Positions 1 through 7,102 of a stretch of 7,732 nt of DNA are shown here, piece by piece. Made by a program: the position numbers and the translations under genes. Source of the stretch: Octopus sinensis (Eukaryota). Within the stretch, counting starts at the first letter, position 1. Every line of letters begins with the position of its first letter. The notes under the pieces are model-generated. The model worked only from the letters and a program-made list of their open reading frames with translations, was not told the origin of the DNA and searched no databases. The stretch is from contig NW_021828712.1 of assembly GCF_006345805.1 (NCBI RefSeq), positions 1-7,732 of the forward strand, given 5' to 3'.

Positions 1-185
1 CATCGTCATTGTTGATATGACCGTTATTAGCAACTCCATCAATAACCACATCCACGTCACCACCACCACCATCCCTGTTATCACCATTACCTCTACCATC
101 ACCATCACCATCGTCGATTATGTCGACGACACCCGCCGCCACCCCCACCCCCACTACTACTACTACTACTACTACTACAACAACA

Positions 186-238
<53 letters not shown>

Positions 239-376
239 AAGTATTGCACATATTATCAATTTCATAATCTGCTGCCACAAACTCGGTCATAGTCCCAACC
301 ATTACCACTAACAACAACAACACCCCCACCACCACCACCACCACCACGACCACCACTACTGTCGCCACAACAACCA
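1..376. repeat. Composite trinucleotide microsatellite (CAC/CAT, TAC, TGC, AAC blocks)
   Basis: Degenerate CAC/CAT triplets 1-150, (TAC)n ~155-223 interrupted by AAC, (TGC)5 ~224-238, (AAC)/(CAC)n ~305-376. Explains the poly-T/Y/V/S ORFs. Confidence 0.95.
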
Positions 377-496
377 CGGGATCACAGAAATTCCCAAAAT
401 ATTTCGAATATGTTTTGAAATCTATTGCACTTGTGATGCTATGAGTAGCCGTAAAAAACTTCTTTTTGTTGAAGGTTTTTTATTGGAAAATAACTT

Positions 497-788
497 ATGC
501 ACACGCGCACGCACACACGCACACGCATAGACACACACATATACATACATGCACGTACTCTGCCACTCTTTCTCACATATAGAAACACCCGTACACATAC
601 GTTCACACACGCACATACATGCACATTCTCTTTCTCTCTCTCACACACATGCATACATTCTATCTGTCTCTCTCATGCACTTATGCTTTCTCTCTCACAT
701 TGTCATATTCTCTCTCTCCCTCCTTCTCTCTCTCTCTCTTTCTCAACACACACACACACGCATACACACACATACGCGCACACATATA
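497..788. repeat. Compound dinucleotide microsatellite (CA/CG, CATA, CT)
   Basis: CA-rich runs 497-620 and 746-788 bracket CT runs 625-745. Confidence 0.95.
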
Positions 789-826
789 CCAAAAACAATA
801 CTGATTTCTCCTATAAAAACAAACGA

Positions 827-1046
827 AAGCTTCGCTCTAGCAGAATCGGTAGAGCGTCGGACGAAATGCTTCATGGCACTTGTCCCAGTTCTATTACAGT
901 TTGATTTCAAAGCTTGTTGAGGTCAACTAACCCCTTCATCGTTTCGGGGTCGATAAAATGAAGCACCAGCGCAGTAACTGGGGGCGATGGAATCGGCTAA
1001 TCCCACCAACCCCCAACAGATAGGTGGCTTTGTTCTTAAATCAGGA
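827..1046 (+). mobile_element. Degenerate, near full-length tRNA-derived SINE (family A)
   Basis: A-box-like TAGCAGAATCGG at 838-849, degenerate B-box around 901-913; 837-878 aligns without gaps to the reverse complement of 6599-6640 (30/42 by hand); body CCTTCATCGTTTCGGGGTCGATAAAATGAAGCACCAG matches the reverse complement of 6740-6775. The central block resembles the conserved Nin/Deu-type SINE domain (recognition, not searched). Confidence 0.8.
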
Positions 1047-1082
1047 TCCAATATAAGAAGCGCAAGGCAGTCGATATTGGGA

Positions 1083-1134
1083 ATAATCGATGAAAATCAA
1101 TCAGAGTACTTGACCTGTTCTTTATTCTGTCAAT
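1083..1134 (-). mobile_element. Highly decayed SINE family A body fragment
   Basis: ATAATCGATGAAAATCAATCAGAGTACTTGACCTGTTCTTTATTCTGTCAAT aligns to 6709-6758 at roughly 60-65% with two gaps (hand alignment). Confidence 0.35.
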
Positions 1135-1667
1135 AGCAATCGGACAAACATTAGATATACACAAACAACAATTTAAAGCTAATTAAAATATTAAATCAAT
1201 GAAGAAATGAAATAAATTTAAAGTTTAAAGTGTAAGGGATGAAAATTATGTGTAGTGTAAATAGACGAAATGTTTACGTTGGTAAAGGAAGAGATTTCCG
1301 TCAGGTTGGTCCAAGGATTGCGACCATCCTGGGCACCGCCGTTTGCTTTGCTACACTTTCACTAAATCATTACCGCAGGATCTTCTGTGATGATTCTATA
1401 ATAATATATATATTGTAATCTTTTGTGCTCAATATTTTAATGAACTTGTTAAACTTTTTATATTTTCCCAAGATTTTCCCTTGTAAACTGTTTTTAACAT
1501 GTTCTTATTATTATCAAAGAATGTATATATGTATTGTAATATTTTGTGACAACCTGTACTTAACACAACAAAGCTTTTACATGTTACTTTTGACAATCTT
1601 TTTCTAAAAAAGTTAACCGGTCAAGTAAATAAACATCTTTTAAAATTGCATTTTCAAACCGTCTTTC

Positions 1668-1855
1668 ATATAATATATATATATATATGATATATTGTTC
1701 TATACATCATATACATACGAACGTACATAACTATACATACATATTAGTTTATAGAATAACATGCAAAAAATGCCTACATGTGTGTGTATTATATATATTA
1801 TATATATATAATATTAAATTAGAAGACATATATATATATATATATATATATTATC

Positions 1856-1886
<31 letters not shown>

Positions 1887-2270
1887 GGGAGAGGAAGAGA
1901 GAGAGATGGGGGGGAATGGTACACAAACACACACACACACACACACACTCAACCACACACGCGCGCACCCACACACTCACTCAAGCACATATACAGACAC
2001 TGTCTGCGAGGTCCAGTCACATTGTTCATTTTTCAAGAACGCATATGTATATATATTTATGTGTATGTATGTATTGTATACATGGTTTCATATGTACACT
2101 CGCTAATGCTTATATATGGATGCATATGTACAGTCGCATAAACAAAAAATATAAATGCACGCATACATACATACTTATACACACGCGCACACGAATGGAT
2201 ATTTGCGCGCGTGCACATACACACACAAACACGCACACATACACTCGCACATACACACGGACACACACAC
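1668..2270. repeat. (TA)n, (GA)n, (CA)n and mixed CATA/TATG microsatellite block
   Basis: TA-rich 1668-1887, GA run 1888-1905, CA/CG/CATA-rich 1921-2270. Confidence 0.93.
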
Positions 2271-2946
2271 AGAATGACGTCTAGTGTAAGAAGGCGATAA
2301 TCAGGTTCGCTAATGAAATCCATTCCTTGAGGTCAGACGCAATAGCTGCTTATTACCTGTCAAAGATCCTCTCCCTAGGGTATTGAAAATAGAGCAAGGC
2401 TGGGGCATAACACCTCATATCATTGTGCACTAGTCCAACGCCTGTCAGTTTTACTCCCGCAATTTTTGGAAATTACTCATTAATTATACATTGGAAAGAT
2501 CTGGAACTAAATACTCTGCTGTTGTACAAAGACAGTTTAACTAAAAATAGTCGTTAATCATTTCTCATTAACAACTATTTAAATACTTGTTGATTTTTAC
2601 AATTGCAATGGTTAACGAAGTGCTCCTTGCCATTTTTTACGATTTTCTAGAAATAAAATAGATACACGTTATGTCTTTAAATGGAAATATTCGGTTATAA
2701 TACTCGTTCTAGTTTCGTGGAATTCTCAGCTTTTTTCTGTATATTTAAATAGAGAAACAATTTATTTAAATACAGATGAAATATATTTGAAAGGTAAAGA
2801 ATATATACGTCAAAAATCAGTTGTAAACTACAGAAATACTTTAGTTTTTTAAGTAAATCTAATTTTGAGAAATATGCAGAATTTGCGAAGCTAATTTGAA
2901 CTGCATACTGTTTCACTCCTATTTTCCTTTACTTAAAATTGACAAT

Positions 2947-2976
2947 ATGATGAAGGGAAATAATCTGAAACGTCAT
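2947..2976 (+). other. Decayed minimal hammerhead-like motif (possible PLE terminal relic)
   Basis: ATGATGA-A-GGG-AAATAA-TCT-GAA-ACGT-C-AT: matches CUGANGA...GAAA...UH except C3->A; helix II only G.U/G-C/G.U, helix I 2 bp. Confidence 0.35.
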
Positions 2977-3022
2977 CTTTTCTAAATCTTCAGCATACAC
3001 TAACTGGATTAATTAAATAATC

Positions 3023-3636
3023 GGCGAAGTTTCGTTTGTCGTAGCACACGTTTCCGTCGATTTCCGTAAAAAACTTTTATTTTTTTACATATGGCTTTGC
3101 GGGAATATTTGAAGTAACGAGAGCGAAAGAGACTAAGAGGAAGCGATTTTATGACGAAGGAATTTCTTTTGAAGTCCCCGTGTGTGTGTTTGATGGGGTG
3201 TGGGAGACAGACAGTATGTTGTGTAAGTGAAGTGCTTCTGTTAGTGTGTGTGAAGAGGCAGAGTAATGTGTGAAAGAGAGAGATAACTGAAATTTTTTAC
3301 TCGGTGTATGTGTATATGTATGTGTGTGTGTGTATGTATCTATGTGTGTGTGTGTGTATGTATGTGTGTGTGTATGTATGTAAGCATGTGTGTGTGTATG
3401 TATGTATGTATGGCCGATTCAGTGTAATTTTTTACTCGGTGTATGTGTATATGTATGTCTGCATGTATGTGTGTGTGTATGTATCTATGTATGTGTGTGT
3501 GTGTATGTATGTGTGTGTGTATGTATGTGTGTATGTATGTATGTATGTATGTATGTATGTATGTATGGCCGATTCAGTGTTTACATTTTTTACGGAAATA
3601 GACGGAAACGTGTGCTACGACAAACGAAACATTGCC
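3023..3636. mobile_element. Non-autonomous DNA transposon (MITE), Merlin-like: 51-bp TIRs, 8-bp TSD
   Basis: 3023-3073 is the reverse complement of 3586-3636 at 48/51 (core 3029-3073/3586-3630 44/45); both ends begin GGC; AAATAATC at 3015-3022 and 3646-3653; no coding capacity inside. Confidence 0.8.
3291..3580. repeat. Two-unit composite tandem repeat (135 + 155 bp) inside the MITE
   Basis: Units 3291-3425 and 3426-3580 both start AATTTTTTACTCGGTGTATGTGTATATGTATGT, contain a variable GTAT/GT array, and end TATGGCCGATTCAGTGT. Confidence 0.9.
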
Positions 3637-3777
3637 AAATATGCCAAATAATCTTTAGATCGAAGGCGAAAGCTTTAGGACTAAAGCTCAGATATGGATG
3701 ACCGATGTCGGCGGTAAAAGGATATTTGTCCAAAATGACTGCCAAACGAACATTTTAGCCGGTGTTACAATATCCAA

Positions 3778-4015
3778 ACATGCATGCATGCATATATGTA
3801 TGTCTGTGTGTATATAAATATAAAAATAATCATATACATATATAATCATCTATCTTTCAAATATATATAAATGCAATTTTATTATGTCACACATACATAT
3901 ATATATATATTATATATAATATATATATATAATATATATATATATTTATATACAACTATACATACATATGTATATATCACATATAAAATTATATGGGTAC
4001 TTATGTACATAAGTA
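3778..4015. repeat. TA-rich microsatellite/low-complexity tract
   Basis: Interrupted (TA)n and CATA runs. Confidence 0.9.
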
Positions 4016-4159
4016 TATGCCTCATCCCTGCATACATAGGGCACCTCCCCACCCCAAGACATATATTCATCAAACTAAGACAGCTTTAGCCGGATATTAA
4101 CTCTCAGATGTCAACCCGGTTTTCATAATTTTCCGCTAATCACATAACTCCTTTTCTTT

Positions 4160-4370
4160 CTATGTGTATGTATATGTGTGTGCATCTGTGTGTGTGAATG
4201 TGTGTGTGTGTGTGTGTGTGTGTACACATACGTGCGTGCATCAAAGTAAGTATGTTTACATACTATGTATGTGTATGTATATACATGCATACATGTCCAC
4301 TTACAGGGAGGCAAACGCGCCAACACATTTATAATATTCAAGTATACACACACACACTCATATATATATA

Positions 4371-4414
<44 letters not shown>

Positions 4415-4474
4415 CATACACACACAAATATATATGTATATATATAATGTGTGTGTGTATATATATACATACAT

Positions 4475-4547
<73 letters not shown>

Positions 4548-4800
4548 CGGGGAGAAAGACGCAAATACTATATGTACACACAACTCTCGCCCAATCACTT
4601 TAAATATATATATATATGCATGTGTGTGTATGTATAGATATATGTATGTGTATATATATATATGTATGTATATGTGTTTGTGTGTGTGTATATATGTGTA
4701 TACATATATGCAAATATAGTTATATACATATGCACTTGTATATATGCGTATATGTATATACACACGTATCTATGTCTGACTGTCTTTATGTATGTGTGTA
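4160..4800. repeat. Compound dinucleotide microsatellite (TG, CA, TA, GA)
   Basis: (TG)n ~4188-4222, (CA)n ~4345-4401, (TA)n ~4480-4507, (GA)n ~4511-4543, TATG/TG to 4800. Confidence 0.95.
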
Positions 4801-4834
4801 AAATCAGCCAGGAAATGCCAGCAACATCATGTTC

Positions 4835-5058
4835 CTGCTGCTGCTGCTGCTGCTGCTGCTCCTCCTCCTCCTCCTCCTCCTCCTCCTCCTTCTCCTCCTC
4901 CTCCTCCTCCTCCTCCTCCTTCTCCTCCTCCTTCTCCTCCTCCTTCTCCTCCTCCTTCTCCTCCTCCTTCTCCTCCTCCTCCTCCTCCTCCTCCTCCACC
5001 ACCACCACCACCTCCTCCTCCTCCTCCTCCTCCTCCTTCCTCCTCCTCCTCCTCCTCC
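4835..5058. repeat. (CTG)8 followed by 200-bp (CCT)n array with TCT and CCA variants
   Basis: CTG x8 4835-4858; 4859-5058 pyrimidine-only apart from the A's of a short (CCA) block near 4996-5012. Confidence 0.97.
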
Positions 5059-5126
5059 ATATCTTTTGTAGTTTTTTGCTTTCTCTCCGAAACTTGAAAC
5101 AATCAAAGAGAAGAACCAAAGCGAAA

Positions 5127-5300
5127 ATGGTGAAGGAACCACTTCGAGATAATTCCTTGATGTTTGCTTCTTTCGACGTGTCACTGCCGTTTGATTGAGC
5201 GACAGAATCCTCTTTGGAACGTTACAATGTTTTTCTTAAAACTCTGGCACAGCTGATTGCTGGAATTACTGCCATTCCATCGGCAGCATCTCCAATTAAA
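5127..5300 (+). pseudogene. Possible decayed Penelope-like reverse transcriptase fragment
   Basis: One frame reads DNSLMFASFDVSLPFD*ATESSLERY...QLIAGITAIPSA, reminiscent of PLE RT motifs (M/V)ASFDVxSLFTNVPxDEAIE and QIDG(I/V)AMGSPL; requires a stop read-through and deletions. Confidence 0.25.
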
Positions 5301-5390
5301 TACCTCAAATGCTCTTTACACTCCATGTCTTGTGGTCTTCTAAATTACTCTAGTGTCAAACAGGTAATTGAGAAGTTTGTGCTTTGTGAC

Positions 5391-5470
5391 AGCGGCGGCG
5401 GTAGTGTTGTTGTTGTTGCTGTTGTTGTTGTTGTTGTTGTTGGCGGTGGTGGTGGTGGTGGTGTGGTGGT
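5391..5470. repeat. (GTT)n/(GGT)n trinucleotide microsatellite
   Basis: GGC, GTT and GGT blocks in register; a smaller GTT run follows at ~5605-5642 and TA/TG tract 5655-5760. Confidence 0.92.
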
Positions 5471-5761
5471 AATAGAGATATTTCTAAAATTTTTGTTTTT
5501 GGTTATTTCACCCCGTTTCGTTATTTATTTATGTATTTATTATTGTTATTTTTTGTTCAGTGATGACTTCATTTGATACATCCAGAGGAATGCGATTGCG
5601 GTGGTTGTAGTGATGGTATCATTGTTCTTGTTGTTGTTGTTGAACCATCCCAGGTTATATGTGTATATATAAAGACACATATATATGTGTGTGTGCGCAC
5701 ACACATACATTTATATATTACATGTGCATATATATGAATATATATATATATTATGATATGT

Positions 5762-5957
5762 AAAAAAAATACAAACTGTGACAAGAACGCATAACACTTA
5801 GAAGACGATACAACAAACACAGACAGGACATTCGAAGCCCTCAGACTTCAGTCAAGAACCGGATCATCGTAGTAATTTCGGCTGATTAATCTTGAGATTA
5901 CTAGATCCGGCCAGCCCTCCAGGCAAAACTAAGCAACGAGCATTAGAAAAACTAAGC
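5762..5957. mobile_element. Unclassified interspersed repeat fragment
   Basis: Complex sequence between two TA arrays (…GACATTCGAAGCCCTCAGACTTCAGTCAAGAACCGGATCATC…) that I recognise as resembling a repeat family in octopod DNA; no second copy in the window, so support is recognition only. Confidence 0.4.
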
Positions 5958-5994
5958 TATATATATATATATATATATAATATATATATATATA

Positions 5995-6176
5995 CTGTTG
6001 TGTCTGGGGAGAGTCATTTTCTTTTTGTGCCTTATGATGTGACACACTCATCGGTAAAATTTCCACTTTTTTCTTATTTACATTTTCCTAAAATTTTCGT
6101 TGCGTCTTGCAACCTTTTCAATAGTCTTGACTATTATAAGGCACAAAAAGAAAATGACTCTCCCCAGACACAATAG
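5995..6176. mobile_element. Partly deleted long palindrome, probable inverted Penelope-like pseudo-LTR pair
   Basis: 5998-6035 is a perfect 38-bp inverted repeat of 6136-6173 (42/44 for 5995-6038/6133-6176); central hairpin AATAGTC-TT-GACTATT at 6120-6135 abuts the right arm; hammerhead-like motif on the minus strand of the left arm. Confidence 0.7.
6088..6124 (-). ncRNA. Minimal type-I hammerhead-ribozyme-like motif (U3-A8 variant)
   Basis: Minus strand: CUA-UUGAAAA-G-GUUGC-AAGAC-GCAAC-GAA-AAUU-U-UAG; helix I CUA/UAG, 5-bp helix II, GAAA, palindromic AAUU helix III, NUH triplet UUU. Confidence 0.5.
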
Positions 6177-6235
6177 AATATATTTCAACACACGAACTCA
6201 TATATAGAATCTTGCAAACCAAATCCAAAAACGAA

Positions 6236-6255
6236 TTATATATATATATATATAA

Positions 6256-6289
<34 letters not shown>

Positions 6290-6340
6290 ACATATACTTA
6301 AATATATGCATGTATACACACTCACATGCATACATACCAC
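6236..6340. repeat. (TA)n-(GA)n-CA/TA microsatellite
   Basis: TA run ~6236-6254, GA run ~6256-6282, CATA-like to 6340. Confidence 0.9.
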
Positions 6341-6583
6341 ATGATCAAGTTATCGACCACCTTTCGAATGATGGCACCCCACTGCCAATGCGATCAGGGT
6401 AATATTACCACTGATCAGAAAGCTAGTCTGTAGCAGAGTTACCCATTCGCAGTTAGGAGGATTGGAGCAACGTGGAATGAAGTGTTTTGCTCAAGAACAC
6501 AATGTGCTTCTCGGCCCGGAATCGAACACTCGATTACTGGATCATGAGCGCAACACCCTAACCACTAGGCCATGCGCCTTCAC
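6341..6583 (-). mobile_element. tRNA-derived SINE (family B)
   Basis: Minus-strand A box TGGCCTAGTGG (6572-6562) and B box GTTCGATTCC (6527-6518), followed by TGTGTTCTTGAGCAAAACACTT (CORE/V/Meta-type 5' motif) and GGGTAACTCTGCTACAGACTAG (Meta-domain-like, 6447-6423). 3' boundary approximate. Confidence 0.85.
6518..6572 (-). promoter_or_regulatory. Internal RNA Pol III type-2 promoter (A box + B box) of SINE B
   Basis: TGGCCTAGTGG fits TRGCNNAGYGG; GTTCGATTCC fits GTTCRANNCC; 34 bp apart, tRNA-like spacing. Confidence 0.8.
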
Positions 6584-6597
6584 ACACGCGCGCGAGC

Positions 6598-6650
6598 GTA
6601 CCGTTAAGCATTTTGTCCGGAGTGCTAACCATTCTACCAGTTTCACACTT
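6598..6650 (-). mobile_element. SINE family A 5' head fragment
   Basis: Minus strand CTGGTAGAATGGTTAGCACTCCGGACAAAATGCTTAACGGTA aligns ungapped to 837-878 (30/42). Confidence 0.7.
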
Positions 6651-6661
6651 TTTTTAATGAT

Positions 6662-6781
6662 AATATTTTCTACTATAGGTACAAGGCCTGAAATCTTGTG
6701 GGAGGGGACTAATCGATTACATCGACCACAGAACGTAACTGGTACTTATTTCATCGACTCCGAAAGGATGAAAGGAAAAAT
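6662..6781 (-). mobile_element. SINE family A body and 3' part, 5'-truncated
   Basis: Minus strand CCTTTCATCCTTTCGGAGTCGATGAAATAAGTACCAGTTACGTTCTGTGGTCGATGTAATCGATTAG…GGCCTTGTACCTATAGTAGAAA parallels 931-1046. Confidence 0.8.
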
Positions 6782-7102
6782 TCACTGTGGACAGATGGAC
6801 TTGTAAAACAAGCACAGGTGAACCAGAAATGGAATGATGAGTCTTTGTACAATAGGGGATCGATAATAATTGAATAAATTCCAATGATTTCTCATATTGA
6901 ACTCTCAATGAAACTCAGTTCGGTGCTCCACCAATTTTTATTACCGGTCGCCATCTTTAATATGAATATTAGCATTAAAAAATGAAAATGATACCATAAA
7001 TAATACTTTTAATGCGTACGTGAGGTGGATCGAGTGAAAGTACTTTGTTCTTGGTCATTGAACGTCAAGTGAGGTTCTAGTGTCTTGATCCCACAGGGTC
7101 AA

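Noticed and set aside
449-461. CCGTAAAAAACTT shared with 3064-3076
   Set aside because: 13-bp AT-rich match with no extension; expected by chance in a window this size.
17-920. ORFs with poly-T/Y/V/S and HT/CV/LS repeats
   Set aside because: Direct translations of microsatellites; open in several frames and both strands because the repeats lack stops.
1239-1418. 59-codon ORF over a GC-richer island (MKIMCSVN…GPRIATILGTAVCF…) with a possible acceptor at 1303-1304
   Set aside because: No recognisable protein motif, weak polypyrimidine tract, no convincing donor; slight resemblance of 1365-1382 to the 18S rRNA 3' end is too short to mean anything.
2390-2460. Possible very decayed tRNA-SINE head on the minus strand (…TAGTCCAACGCC…)
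   Set aside because: No recognisable A or B box; cannot be aligned convincingly to the other SINEs here.
2545-2580. 14-bp AT-rich hairpin (13/14, 8-nt loop)
   Set aside because: Close to chance expectation at this AT content; no associated feature.
2987-2993. CTGAAGA hammerhead core on the minus strand
   Set aside because: No helix II followed by GAAA downstream on that strand.
3291-3580. Repeat-spacer look of TATGGCCGATTCAGTGT units (CRISPR-like)
   Set aside because: Only two units, intervening sequence is microsatellite rather than unique spacers, eukaryotic context, no cas genes.
4160-4420. (TG)n facing (CA)n as an inverted repeat
   Set aside because: Complementarity is a trivial result of microsatellite density.
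4595-5198. Long poly-E/P/S/G/R/L ORFs
   Set aside because: All six frames are open over the (CCT)n array; no non-repetitive coding support.
5236-5326. Minus-strand peptide MECKEHLRYLIGDAADG… resembling a Harbinger DDE 'LGD' motif
   Set aside because: Only a 3-4 residue resemblance, bounded by stops within ~40 codons.
5821-5885. Hammerhead-like pieces in the 5762-5957 repeat (CAGCC-GAAA, CTGAAGT)
   Set aside because: Core elements are not in a workable order or spacing and A9 is substituted.
6518-6583. Functional tRNA gene
   Set aside because: A and B boxes present but no acceptor-stem closure or T-run terminator; continues into SINE body.
6462-6806. 114-aa ORF MEQRGMKCFAQEHN…
   Set aside because: Antisense translation of the SINE cluster.
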